This document shows, piece after piece, positions 37,360 through 46,830 of a stretch of 64,000 nucleotides of DNA (its first letter is position 1; every line of letters begins with the position of its first letter). Source of the DNA: a virus. Made by a program: the position numbers and the translations under genes. The notes beneath the pieces are model-generated. The model was not told where the DNA came from. It was given only the letters and a program-made list of their open reading frames with translations, and did not search any database. The DNA lies in the IMG/VR virus record IMGVR_UViG_3300005613_000009, positions 55,982-119,981 of that record; one strand, written 5' to 3'.

Positions 37360-37534
37360 TGGCAAACCGGGACTCGAACCCGGACGGGGGTCTTACAAAT
37401 CCATCGAAACTTTCCCCCAACCCAAATGAAGCCGGATTTAGCCTCTGTACGTTTTCTATGAATTTTGTTCGGCCGTGTCTACCAATAACAAGTGCTCACA
37501 CCGAGCTACCTCTTGCCAATTCCACCACTTGCCA
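37360..37534 (-). ncRNA. tRNA-like RNA (~175 nt) with expanded D-loop, anticodon and variable regions
   Basis: Acceptor TGGCAAG/TTTGCCA; D-arm GTGGAATTGG...TAGACAC; T-arm CCGGG-TTCGAGT-CCCGG. Confidence 0.6.
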
Positions 37535-37555
37535 CGAAATTTCATTCTAAATAAG

Positions 37556-37627
37556 AGCCGGAGCATGGATTCGAACCATGGCCTTGAAATTACAAGTTTC
37601 ATGCTCTTCCAATTGAGCTACTCCGGC
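37556..37627 (-). tRNA. tRNA-Thr(UGU), CCA not encoded
   Basis: Complete cloverleaf; anticodon loop CTTGTAA. Confidence 0.9.
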
Positions 37628-37870
37628 TACTCTCGTTTTAAAATTCTCTCCTTTCCTGAAATAAATTATATTTCAGATCTTGGTTCGTGTAATACCACTA
37701 TCCTAGTTGTCATTCATATCCGGAAGATGCAATTCGCCGTTTTTCAATTATTCAAGCTGTTAACAAGTCCGTGTTTGAATGACTGTGTTTCCCGATATGT
37801 TTCATTGCGAACCCAATAGTAAATACCGTTGTGGCCGTCGTTGAAACAAACGGAAACTATTGAACATAAC

Positions 37871-38065
37871 CTACCTTATTTCTTTCATCATTCGATGCCG
37901 TTCAATTCCACGGACATGAAACAGGGGGTCATGTTTTTGTGTCCATTCAATTTGAGTAGCTCCAGCTTGCTCAATCGCTAATAGACCTTTTCCCATTTTT
38001 AGTTTACTCTTACCTCTTCTTGGATTAAACTTGTGTTCTGGGCATGTTGATGATTTTCTTGGCAT
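37871..38065 (-). CDS. basic hypothetical protein
   Basis: AAGGAGG RBS after a repeat promoter. Confidence 0.6.
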   Translation of the reverse strand: MPRKSSTCPEHKFNPRRGKSKLKMGKGLLAIEQAGATQIEWTQKHDPLFHVRGIERHRMMKEIR

Positions 38066-38164
38066 TAGAAAGCCTCCTTTTGTGGGTTTTTTTTGGCAGG
38101 TATTTTTTTTAAAAAATTCAATAGAAAAACAGATAAAAAAAATAAAACAAGTTTTTCGTTTGGA

Positions 38165-38896
38165 TTAAATTGTTGAATCTATCGTTTCTCTAAATGTTTC
38201 GATGCTTTTCCCACGAACAATTTCAGCTAATTCCCATACATAATCATATAGGTGTAGACCTTTACTAGATGCAATTGTAACGCCAGGTTCTATACCAATT
38301 TCTGATGCAATAAATTCCTTCATAAGTTGTATAGCGCCCAAATTAGCAGGTAAACCATTCCATAGGTCCCACGATCTAAAATATACGACAAAATGCAGTT
38401 TGTTGTCCTGAATACGAGTATCTATATGCCTAAGACATGGTGGATCCTCAATTAACATATCTGTTGGATGTCCCATTTGAAGAATCATTTGGTTGTTACG
38501 ATAGCCATTTTCTTTATATGTTTTAATTAAATGTTCTATTTGGTTGAAATTATTATATTTATCGTTGTCAATCGGATAATTTGTCAACCGTTGGCCATAA
38601 GTATAACTCTCATTTTTTTTAAGTTTTCCGGTCATCAAATACGATAAATATTGATTTAAATAATCAGATTCTACCGGATCGGGGAGATTATATTGTTCAG
38701 GAATTACTGGAAGTAATGGTCGAATTTCAGGATGTTTAATGTAGAGTGTAATGTAATCAAATTCCAGCCGTTTTCGACCCTTATTGCTGCCTTCATCAAT
38801 CTGAAAGTCACGACCTTTTTCAATACATTTGTAAACTGTTTGGAACCAAATATCCGGCAAAGTTGTTCCTCGAATATTTTCCATAATGTATTCCAT
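38165..38896 (-). CDS. thyA: thymidylate synthase family protein (short, archaeal-like type)
   Basis: YTYGQRL, DPPCL, FRSWD, ANL, GLHLY motifs. Confidence 0.85.
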   Translation of the reverse strand: MEYIMENIRGTTLPDIWFQTVYKCIEKGRDFQIDEGSNKGRKRLEFDYITLYIKHPEIRPLLPVIPEQYNLPDPVESDYLNQYLSYLMTGKLKKNESYTYGQRLTNYPIDNDKYNNFNQIEHLIKTYKENGYRNNQMILQMGHPTDMLIEDPPCLRHIDTRIQDNKLHFVVYFRSWDLWNGLPANLGAIQLMKEFIASEIGIEPGVTIASSKGLHLYDYVWELAEIVRGKSIETFRETIDSTI

Positions 38897-38912
38897 GACA
38901 ATCTCCCTTATT

Positions 38913-39137
38913 TTATCTTTTTTTAATCCCTGATTTTCTTGCTAAATATTCCATACGTTCTAAAAAACATTGTGTCCATTCACGCTGCCATATAAAATTA
39001 TTATCGTATTTAAGTTTGGAATATTTGCCATGGACTTTATCAGCATATCTTTCTGCGATCGGAATTAAACGATTACGATCTTCAATATATTGATGGTCTA
39101 CTTTTTGGATAAACTTTGTTTCGTCTTCTAAAGACAT
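38913..39137 (-). CDS. hypothetical protein
   Basis: ORF in the operon. Confidence 0.55.
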   Translation of the reverse strand: MSLEDETKFIQKVDHQYIEDRNRLIPIAERYADKVHGKYSKLKYDNNFIWQREWTQCFLERMEYLARKSGIKKR

Positions 39138-39502
39138 GTATTCTCCTTATTTTTTTTATTATACTCGCGAAATAAGATAATTGTGATCAGGGCATAAACA
39201 GCTAAATCCTGAAGTGTATCTTCTATAGATTCACCTGTAACAGCAATTTCACTTGGATCTTTATTGATTAAAGATCGTAACCTCGACCATTTATCCGACA
39301 TTCGAATCCAAACACCTTTATAATTTGGGACCCCTATCTGCTCACATTCATCGAAATTTGACAACGGTTTCCCACTGGCATAATCATGATCTTTTGCGTT
39401 GTGAAGTGCGGAAAGATCACATAAAAGATCATTGAAACTTGGATGACCGCCATTCTCAGTTAGTTTTTTAGTTTTTATTCTTATCGAAGATTTTTTTGGC
39501 AT
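39128..39502 (-). CDS. DUF1599 / nucleotide-modification-associated domain (Nmad1-like) protein
   Basis: K.HDY...SNF...RMSDK.SRL..L...ESIEDTL.DLAVYA motif. Confidence 0.75.
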   Translation of the reverse strand: MPKKSSIRIKTKKLTENGGHPSFNDLLCDLSALHNAKDHDYASGKPLSNFDECEQIGVPNYKGVWIRMSDKWSRLRSLINKDPSEIAVTGESIEDTLQDLAVYALITIILFREYNKKNKENTCL

Positions 39503-39839
39503 TTGCTTTCTCCTTTAATAATTTCTTGACTTCAGGGTCGTTCTCATTAATTAATTCCTCGCAATTAATTATTAATTTTGAGAAAAAGATTTGAGTGTGG
39601 CATAAAGATAGTGCCCATCCGTAAATGGTGTTGCCTGATTTACCTGTTATCTCAGCAGGCCTTGGATCGCCCATTAGTGGACATATAATTGAACATTTAT
39701 CATTTTTAAAAGGGCATGTCATCGGGATCCAACCATTTTTATAAACTGTATCTTTTCCGATAAAAACACTGCGCTTGATGGACAGGTATCCATATGAATC
39801 AAAAAAACCTTCAGCATATTTATATTTTTTTTGGGTCAT
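39468..39839 (-). CDS. hypothetical Cys-containing protein
   Basis: GGAG RBS below the promoter at ~39890. Confidence 0.6.
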   Translation of the reverse strand: MTQKKYKYAEGFFDSYGYLSIKRSVFIGKDTVYKNGWIPMTCPFKNDKCSIICPLMGDPRPAEITGKSGNTIYGWALSLCHTQIFFSKLIINCEELINENDPEVKKLLKEKANAKKIFDKNKN

Positions 39840-39883
39840 TTAATATCTCCAATGGGTTAGTTGTTAGCGCTTATTTGAGCCTT

Positions 39884-39911
39884 ATATTACTCTGTTAGCG
39901 TATAAAGTCAA
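39884..39911 (-). promoter_or_regulatory. sigma70-type promoter with an operator copy
   Basis: TTGACT-N16-TAATAT; TACTCT-GTT-AGCGTA at 39888-39902. Confidence 0.65.
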
Positions 39912-39937
39912 GAAAAAAAGGTGCCAAGAGGTAAAAT

Positions 39938-42931
39938 TTATTCTTCTTTGTATAATCGTTCTGATCTTTTTAACTCATGGTCACGATCAAGGATATAATT
40001 AAAAAACGAAATACATTTGACGTATGGTTGATATCCGCGTGAAGACGCAATTAGTTTATTATCAATAAAAAACGACATATCTCTACGTACAGTTCTGCAG
40101 GAACACGATAAATGATCAGCGAATTCTTTCTGGTTAATTCTATGTGAATTACCAGGAACCATATTAGCTACTTCTCGAAGCATATATAAAATACGTTTTT
40201 TAGCGTCTGCAATATCGTTGATTTTCAGATATTCAACAAAACGGGTATAAAGATCTTCTCTTTGGTGTGGGTCAAGGATGTTTCGGTCGGCATATCTTTT
40301 AGAATATTCATCTAATCGACAATTGCCTGCAGAATAAATAGCTTTCAAAAAATTATCCACAATGAAATTAACATGATAATCTTTGACATTAATAGTCTGA
40401 AAATCATCGTCTGATGATAAATCCAAAATCGCAAGGGATGTAGCCATCCTGCAAAGGGTTTTTCTGAAGTCTTGAGGACATACTAGTGGCAGGTCAGTAC
40501 ATTTGCCATATTTTTCTGAAAAGTGAAAAGATGCTTTTCGGATAAGATTTGCAATTTTATTTGATATAATAATACGATCTGCAGGTAGATTCCATGCATA
40601 ATAAATTAAGCGTTGTAAACGTTGTGCCGTAACAAAGATTATTTTATGTGGTTTACTCCATTTATAGATTTCTTGGTTGTTTTCGATATCATACTGTGCA
40701 GCAAAAACAGCAAAGTCAATACGGCGGAGCATCATAGCAGGAAAAATATTTAAGAGGGATTGGCAACCATAACGAAATGAATCCATAGTACGTTGATTGG
40801 CTTGTCGATCATCCATTTTGGGATTGCATAAAAAGAAACACCTTGTCATAGCTTCGAAAGTCCGACTTTGAACTTTTGCTATTCTAATTTCACCAGTGTC
40901 AATAGCATCTGACATAGTTTTTAAATCTTCTTCAGGTAAATCTTGTGCTTCGTCTATAATTAAAGCCTGCCGAGACATTTTAAGGAGGGCACCTGCTTTG
41001 ATCCGCCAACCACGTCTTTCATCCCTATCCATGGCATATGTAATACCGGTTCTGGAGCTGGTCATACCACTGACACGATATCCTATATTTGCATATTTAA
41101 AAATAGAATCGCTCACTGTTGTTTTTCCTGATGCGCTATCACCAATTACAACCGAACTAATCCAACCGCGGATTTTATCGTCACCGGGTAAATTTATCCA
41201 TTGTGGAGACATTAATGTTATCAATACAGCTAAATGTAATTCGTCTCTGTGATAAATCCTTGTAACATTTTCTGACAAATCTTTAATAATATCCATCGGA
41301 TCCATTTTCTGGAGAGATTTAAGATCCTTTTTGGACTCTTCGAGTGAAAATCCCTGCCAATCCTGTTTCTGCTTTTTTATGGTGTCAATCAGCATTGTGG
41401 GTTTTTGATGTTTTGGATGAGTATGGATAAAACCAGTTGCCTGATATTGACCAATAGGTATACGTTTATTGTCGATTACATATACTGCTTTTTCAACTAA
41501 TTCATCGTTCTCATTTGGCATATCTTTTTCAAAAATCTGGTGGGCAAAGATTTCTCTGATTGTGGTTTTATCGGTACTGAATGTTAGATTTGGTCGTTTA
41601 TTACGGTGGCAAATAATATCACAGAACGAATTACGAAGTTTTGAATCACTGGCAGCGATACTCGTCAATTGCATACTTGAACCCTTTGGAATTTTAATAG
41701 GTTCGGTACAAAGCCAATCCCAATCATCACGGCCAGTACATTGACCTTTTTCGAGCAAAGGACAGTAAGAAACGGTTACCTCATTCGGACTGTGATACGC
41801 TTCACTATTTTCGCCATATACAAATATCGGGACCGTAACACGTAATCCAGCATTTTTTCCTTCCTCGATCTGAGTAAAAGATTCAAGAGCCTTTGGTTCC
41901 GGAAAAGATGCATTGTCTTTTTCGCCTTGTTCTAGTTCATATGGTTCGCATAAATCTATTAAGCCGAAAAATGCTTCGGCTGTTCCGTTTGATTTTATAA
42001 ACCAATCAGTAGCATCTTTATTTTCCTTGTCTTCATCTTCGTATAGCCAAAGTATCTTAATCGATAGAATATCGCCAGAAGCTATAGATTTTTTAAACAT
42101 TGGCAAAATAACATTCTCAACGGCGTTGCGGCCTTCTTTATCACAATCGTAAACAATAACCAAATGATGATTATAAAAATAAGGAACCCAATTAGCAAGA
42201 AAGGCGTTGCATCCATTCGTAGGCGATACCGCAACAATGCCGGTTTCTTGGTTCGTTAAAATTGCATCAGATTCACCTTCGTGTATTGTAACGATTGTAC
42301 CTGTAGGTGCCTCTACTAAATTATTGACGCCATAGAGTTGTGCCTCACCATACCCAGGCGTATTGAGCATTTTTGGCTTTTTTTCCCAGCTATAATATCT
42401 GATATTGATAAGTTTATCTTCGGAATCATATACTGGATATGTGATCCGTTTTTGCTTTTTTCGCCAGCCTAGTTTCCATTTTGAAATGGTTTCATCGGTA
42501 AATCCACGTTTATTATGTAGATAATCAATGGCTTCAGATGTCAAATCATTGATATATCCGTTTATAATTTCTTCTGAAATTTCTTGTTTTTTTTGGTTTA
42601 ACGAAACATTGGTTTTATTTGCATAATATTTTAATACCTTGCCAAAATCGCCTTGGTGGCCTGGTAGGAAATCCATGGCAACACTAAATAAGCTAAACGC
42701 TAATTTAGATCCGTTGTTCATGTTAAATACAACTAGGTAGCCACGTGATGAACCGCTGCCGACATTCACACCACCAGAGTGATGTTTTTCCATTTTGTAG
42801 GGATTTAAGCAAGCAATCCAACCTTTGGAATTTATATTGCCTTTAAATTGAACCCCTAATGCTTCATATTCTTCTCTTATATTAAGTCGGGATAAAATCT
42901 CCGCCTTTACTTTGTCTAGTTTGGGCATCAA
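39938..42931 (-). CDS. DnaG/Toprim primase fused to an MCM-like AAA+ helicase
   Basis: IHEGESD and YDCD Toprim motifs; GDSASGKT Walker A, LIIDEAQD Walker B, AMMLRRIDF arginine-finger region. Confidence 0.85.
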   Translation of the reverse strand: MMPKLDKVKAEILSRLNIREEYEALGVQFKGNINSKGWIACLNPYKMEKHHSGGVNVGSGSSRGYLVVFNMNNGSKLAFSLFSVAMDFLPGHQGDFGKVLKYYANKTNVSLNQKKQEISEEIINGYINDLTSEAIDYLHNKRGFTDETISKWKLGWRKKQKRITYPVYDSEDKLINIRYYSWEKKPKMLNTPGYGEAQLYGVNNLVEAPTGTIVTIHEGESDAILTNQETGIVAVSPTNGCNAFLANWVPYFYNHHLVIVYDCDKEGRNAVENVILPMFKKSIASGDILSIKILWLYEDEDKENKDATDWFIKSNGTAEAFFGLIDLCEPYELEQGEKDNASFPEPKALESFTQIEEGKNAGLRVTVPIFVYGENSEAYHSPNEVTVSYCPLLEKGQCTGRDDWDWLCTEPIKIPKGSSMQLTSIAASDSKLRNSFCDIICHRNKRPNLTFSTDKTTIREIFAHQIFEKDMPNENDELVEKAVYVIDNKRIPIGQYQATGFIHTHPKHQKPTMLIDTIKKQKQDWQGFSLEESKKDLKSLQKMDPMDIIKDLSENVTRIYHRDELHLAVLITLMSPQWINLPGDDKIRGWISSVVIGDSASGKTTVSDSIFKYANIGYRVSGMTSSRTGITYAMDRDERRGWRIKAGALLKMSRQALIIDEAQDLPEEDLKTMSDAIDTGEIRIAKVQSRTFEAMTRCFFLCNPKMDDRQANQRTMDSFRYGCQSLLNIFPAMMLRRIDFAVFAAQYDIENNQEIYKWSKPHKIIFVTAQRLQRLIYYAWNLPADRIIISNKIANLIRKASFHFSEKYGKCTDLPLVCPQDFRKTLCRMATSLAILDLSSDDDFQTINVKDYHVNFIVDNFLKAIYSAGNCRLDEYSKRYADRNILDPHQREDLYTRFVEYLKINDIADAKKRILYMLREVANMVPGNSHRINQKEFADHLSCSCRTVRRDMSFFIDNKLIASSRGYQPYVKCISFFNYILDRDHELKRSERLYKEE

Positions 42932-43613
42932 TTACCTTCTCTATATCGTCTGGTAGCGGTTGTTTGTATTTTATACAAAATTCTTTGTAACATTCAGGAT
43001 GGAAACCATATTTGTATGTTTTAAATCTGTATATAGATGTTGGCTCTGGTATACATATAGCTGAATAATATTGGTATGTACCGTATATAATATACTTAGA
43101 ACACCAAATACATGGTTTAGTATTCTTATTTATATTTAAACGTACTCTTTTTTTATTTGTTTTAGTAAAACTATGTAAAACCCTCTCTCGTTCTTCAGGG
43201 CTATATTCTTTGTTGATATGAACTTTTTTTCTTTTATGTTGTGATGGATAGAAAAGGTCTTGATGTTCTTGGGATGTTAATATGATTTTTCGAAATTTTT
43301 CTATAAATTCGGTGTAACAATCATAATGAAATTTGTGCCACTTGAATAGAACACGTTTAGCACCACTGAGGCATTTAACATAAATTGTTTTTGCAAGTAT
43401 TGGTTTTAAACACCAGATACAAATAGAATCTTTATTTGAGTCAAGATAAATGGGTACTGTGTTTGACCTTGCGATAGCTATTAATATGTCGCCACGGTCT
43501 TGATCATTTGTATATTTATCATCTATAAAATTAAACCTTACAGAGTCGAGTTTTTTTCTGCCTTTTTCAATCAGTTCTCTTCTCGATAGAGTTTTTTCTT
43601 TTTTCCTTGTCAT
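42882..43613 (-). CDS. hypothetical basic protein with two C..C...H.DC modules
   Basis: 243-aa ORF. Confidence 0.6.
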   Translation of the reverse strand: MTRKKEKTLSRRELIEKGRKKLDSVRFNFIDDKYTNDQDRGDILIAIARSNTVPIYLDSNKDSICIWCLKPILAKTIYVKCLSGAKRVLFKWHKFHYDCYTEFIEKFRKIILTSQEHQDLFYPSQHKRKKVHINKEYSPEERERVLHSFTKTNKKRVRLNINKNTKPCIWCSKYIIYGTYQYYSAICIPEPTSIYRFKTYKYGFHPECYKEFCIKYKQPLPDDIEKVIDAQTRQSKGGDFIPT

Positions 43614-44067
43614 TCCAATATCTTTCTAATAATCTAAAAGTTGTTTTTTCTGCAAATGCACGGTTTGGACAGGTAAAAAAATGGACATCGTAACGCTGAG
43701 CCCAAGCTATAATTGAAGCATAAACCGCTTTTGGGTTCATCTGAGATTGTTGTGGTGGATTTCTGAGGATAGTAAACCAGTCAGCTTCTATGATGACTGC
43801 AGCGAAATTCATTTCTGTCATACGCTGAAGTTCGTGTTCAAAACGATGTCGGCCTTTTCCGAATGTGCCATATGCATCTGGAAGACTCTTACGTTCAATA
43901 GTAATTTCTGTTTCAAGACCTTTGATTGAATAATCTCCTGTTTTTAATGCTTTATCAAGTACAATAGGCCGAGGATTAATAGTATCAAATTGATATCCGT
44001 ATTGTTCACGGGTATCACGGATAATGATAGGTAAAATATTTTTATTTTTGTTCTTAGTCCTTGGCAT
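43567..44067 (-). CDS. ERCC4 (XPF/Mus81-like) structure-specific nuclease; start revised to MPRTK
   Basis: IRDTREQ, GDYSI, IERKS motifs; the upstream extension overlaps tRNAs. Confidence 0.85.
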   Translation of the reverse strand: MPRTKNKNKNILPIIIRDTREQYGYQFDTINPRPIVLDKALKTGDYSIKGLETEITIERKSLPDAYGTFGKGRHRFEHELQRMTEMNFAAVIIEADWFTILRNPPQQSQMNPKAVYASIIAWAQRYDVHFFTCPNRAFAEKTTFRLLERYWNDKEKRKNSIEKRTD

Positions 44068-44099
44068 TAAACACTTTTTGTATGTTTGTCGTTTTCTTT

Positions 44100-44173
44100 T
44101 GGCGACCGGAAAAGGATTTGAACCTTTATTAGTGGGTCCAAGGCCCACTGTCCTGCCATTGGACGATCCGGCC
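44100..44173 (-). tRNA. tRNA-Gln(UUG) with C33
   Basis: Cloverleaf; loop CCTTGGA; G73 and CCA encoded. Confidence 0.8.
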
Positions 44174-44177
44174 TTGA

Positions 44178-44253
44178 TGGAGACTGCGACTGGACTCGAA
44201 CCAGCATGCGGTTGGTTAACGGCCAACTGCTAAACCAATTTAGCTACGCAGTC
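44178..44253 (-). tRNA. tRNA-Asn(GUU) with C33
   Basis: Cloverleaf; loop CCGTTAA; CCA encoded. Confidence 0.85.
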
Positions 44254-44289
44254 ATACATCATTATAATTTGTATATAGCTCATTTTAAG

Positions 44290-44667
44290 TTAAAGTTCGT
44301 CTACCATTTTTGTTAATTCATCAACGCTGAGGCTTTCTAAACCTTCATCCTGTTTCTTTGAAATAATGGCCAGGATTTTTTGTTTTTTATCAGCCCTGTC
44401 TTTTTTCGCTTCTTCAGCCCTTTTTCTTTCAGCTTGAAATGTAAAAATGTGCTGAACAATCTTTTGCTTTCGTTCCAAAGTTTTGGTTTTATGACTTGTG
44501 TTTTTGATCAGAAGACTTTCTTCGGTATATTGTCTTAGTTGAGAGCTGAGATCCTTATAAATAGAATCCAGTTCTTCCTGCCCAAGATCCCAAAGATCTT
44601 CAACATCGATATATCCTTTGTGCTTGAATCTAAACTTTTCCTTTGTTGCAATTTCAAATAATTCCAT
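44290..44667 (-). CDS. conserved hypothetical phage protein
   Basis: FE.AT..K.RF...G...VEDLWDL motif. Confidence 0.7.
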   Translation of the reverse strand: MELFEIATKEKFRFKHKGYIDVEDLWDLGQEELDSIYKDLSSQLRQYTEESLLIKNTSHKTKTLERKQKIVQHIFTFQAERKRAEEAKKDRADKKQKILAIISKKQDEGLESLSVDELTKMVDEL

Positions 44668-44678
44668 TTTTTTCTCCT

Positions 44679-46721
44679 TTAAAAAACGAGTTTAATTGTT
44701 CTGGCGATATGCCCTTTCACCTTGCAAATAATATTGTTTCGTTTAGACGAACTAAAACCAAGACCAGATAATTGTTGGTCTGAATACGGAACTTTCATCT
44801 TTCCGCCTAGAGCTTCAAAAACTTTTTTATGTTCAAGAAGTTCTTGTTTTAAAAATTCATTGAAAAATCCATTAGGACTATTATTGTTTATACAATCATT
44901 TAACATGAAAAAATAATGTCGATGTCCGATATTTGATTGTTGATCCCAATAGTTGGGAGAATACATAATAATTGAAATAGGATGAAATTGATTTGTTTGA
45001 ACTCCCCAAATCTTTCTCGATGTCTCGGAATGAGAGAGGGAACTTACTATTTCAAATCCATTATTTTTATCAAATTTTACTTTTGCGACTTCTATCTTTG
45101 CATCTTGTCTAAGCTCTTTATCATACTCAAATTTAAAAATACGACCTTCAAATTCTATCTCAGCCTTAAAACCGCTTCTACCACCTCGATGTTTAAAATT
45201 ATGTACAAAAAAAGTATATATACCTTCAGGCATTCTGTTTATATCTGAATGAACGATATTTTCAACAGCTACATGTACTCCGGGTTGAACTATATCAACA
45301 TCTAACATCCCTGAAGATGGATGAAAGATTCGTTTGTTTCGGTAGTAGATATGATCTTTTTCTGGCTCTATGCAATGAGCGTCAAAATCATTTTTATTGT
45401 CTGCATTTTCATTCCATTGAATTGAAAATCGATGAACACCTTCTACGTTTCCACCAGCAGATTTAACCCTTTGTTTTATCATGCTGTCTGTAATATTGCC
45501 ATTATACGCCCAAGAAAAACTATTGTTCCATTTAAATAGCGTTGGGCTATTTCCCACTTTTGGAGCAATTAAAGAAACAAGATTTGGTTCAAACCGATTC
45601 TCCATAAAAAGTTGAATATCTGTTGTCCTTGGTAAAATCTTGGAGACAAATGTTTTGATAGGGACTTCTTCAACTTTTTTAAATTGTTTTGGGTCCATTG
45701 AAACCTCTTGTTCTAATTCATCAAAGACATTTGAAATCCTTTTTATAGTATCTTTGTTTGCAAACAAAACATTATTAGCCGTAACATCGTCTACTATTGC
45801 AAATCTTCTACCCAAAGATTCCATTAACCCAAGTTCTGCAATGGTTTCTTTTGCTTTTTCTACCATTTTTTTCGAAAAAATCGGCTTTGGCCGTTTGTAG
45901 TTTGTAGGTGCTACAATTTTTTCGTACTTTCTGACAGCCTTGTTTAAATCCATACCATTTGTAACATCTGTTAGAAAAACACCTACAGAATGATTTTTGA
46001 TTCGGCTGATTGCAATTCCAATTTTCATAGAATGTTCCCAACAAAATAGATCCATCTTTTCCGGCATCAGTCCGGAATATTTTCTTTTTAGAATAAGAAG
46101 TTTTTCAAGTTGGGACAGCCATTCTTCGCCTTTATAGAATGATTTTTGAGCGATTAGGTCCAATATAATTTCAATACTTTCTGCAGATATTTCGTCCAAG
46201 GATCGTTTAAATACATTTTTGGTATCCCTATAAACAGCCGTTAAAGAATCTATCGTTTTGTTTGTTGAACCAGATACGAACTTATTTGGAATTTCAAGAT
46301 AAAAATGGCTCCATTCTATAGTTTTTGTGGATCCCTTTTTTTTCTCATAATTATGTTCAGTGCCGAATTTATTCTGCTTTGTAACGAATACGTCTTTGAT
46401 TACGCATTTCTTAATCAATTTTGACAATGCATTTATAACAGGTTGATATTGGGAATTTCCTGTATCAAAATCCCAAATTGTTTTAACCTTACCATCTTCC
46501 ACTACAACAACGTTTCCAACATCTTTGATGAAATGGCGACAACAATGGCAATCATGTTCTCTTCTTTCTCTGAATATTTTATTTGTACCATTCGGAAAAC
46601 TGTTTAAATATGTTGACCACATTTTATCTTTATCAACATCTGCGAGAAACAATGTATTTACGTTTTCTAACATTTTCGCTACGTGCTTTTGCATTAAACT
46701 TCTAAATTCAGCGAATTCCAT
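44679..46721 (-). CDS. large conserved phage protein (HDC.CCR.FI motif)
   Basis: 680-aa ORF; function not recognised. Confidence 0.75.
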   Translation of the reverse strand: MEFAEFRSLMQKHVAKMLENVNTLFLADVDKDKMWSTYLNSFPNGTNKIFRERREHDCHCCRHFIKDVGNVVVVEDGKVKTIWDFDTGNSQYQPVINALSKLIKKCVIKDVFVTKQNKFGTEHNYEKKKGSTKTIEWSHFYLEIPNKFVSGSTNKTIDSLTAVYRDTKNVFKRSLDEISAESIEIILDLIAQKSFYKGEEWLSQLEKLLILKRKYSGLMPEKMDLFCWEHSMKIGIAISRIKNHSVGVFLTDVTNGMDLNKAVRKYEKIVAPTNYKRPKPIFSKKMVEKAKETIAELGLMESLGRRFAIVDDVTANNVLFANKDTIKRISNVFDELEQEVSMDPKQFKKVEEVPIKTFVSKILPRTTDIQLFMENRFEPNLVSLIAPKVGNSPTLFKWNNSFSWAYNGNITDSMIKQRVKSAGGNVEGVHRFSIQWNENADNKNDFDAHCIEPEKDHIYYRNKRIFHPSSGMLDVDIVQPGVHVAVENIVHSDINRMPEGIYTFFVHNFKHRGGRSGFKAEIEFEGRIFKFEYDKELRQDAKIEVAKVKFDKNNGFEIVSSLSHSETSRKIWGVQTNQFHPISIIMYSPNYWDQQSNIGHRHYFFMLNDCINNNSPNGFFNEFLKQELLEHKKVFEALGGKMKVPYSDQQLSGLGFSSSKRNNIICKVKGHIARTIKLVF

Positions 46722-46758
46722 TTTTTTCTCCTTTTTTCATTATTGTGCCTATTTCTAA

Positions 46759-46830
46759 TCACCCCTTAATTACAGCTAACGGTTTCAATTCAACAAGAAT
46801 TTTAACCGAATTTTCCTGATTTTTCATCAT
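46759..46830 (-). pseudogene. rtcB: rtcB C-terminal remnant (MMKNQENSVKILVELKPLAVIKG*)
   Basis: Matches the recalled RtcB C-terminal signature M.NQ..LV..L.EL.PL..VKG. Confidence 0.7.

Noticed and set aside
37360-37534. tmRNA
   Set aside because: No G3:U70 alanine identity, a D-stem is present, it is too short, and there is no convincing tag frame
44067-44226. N-terminal extension of the ERCC4 ORF
   Set aside because: It overlaps two tRNA genes; the real start is probably ATG at 44067
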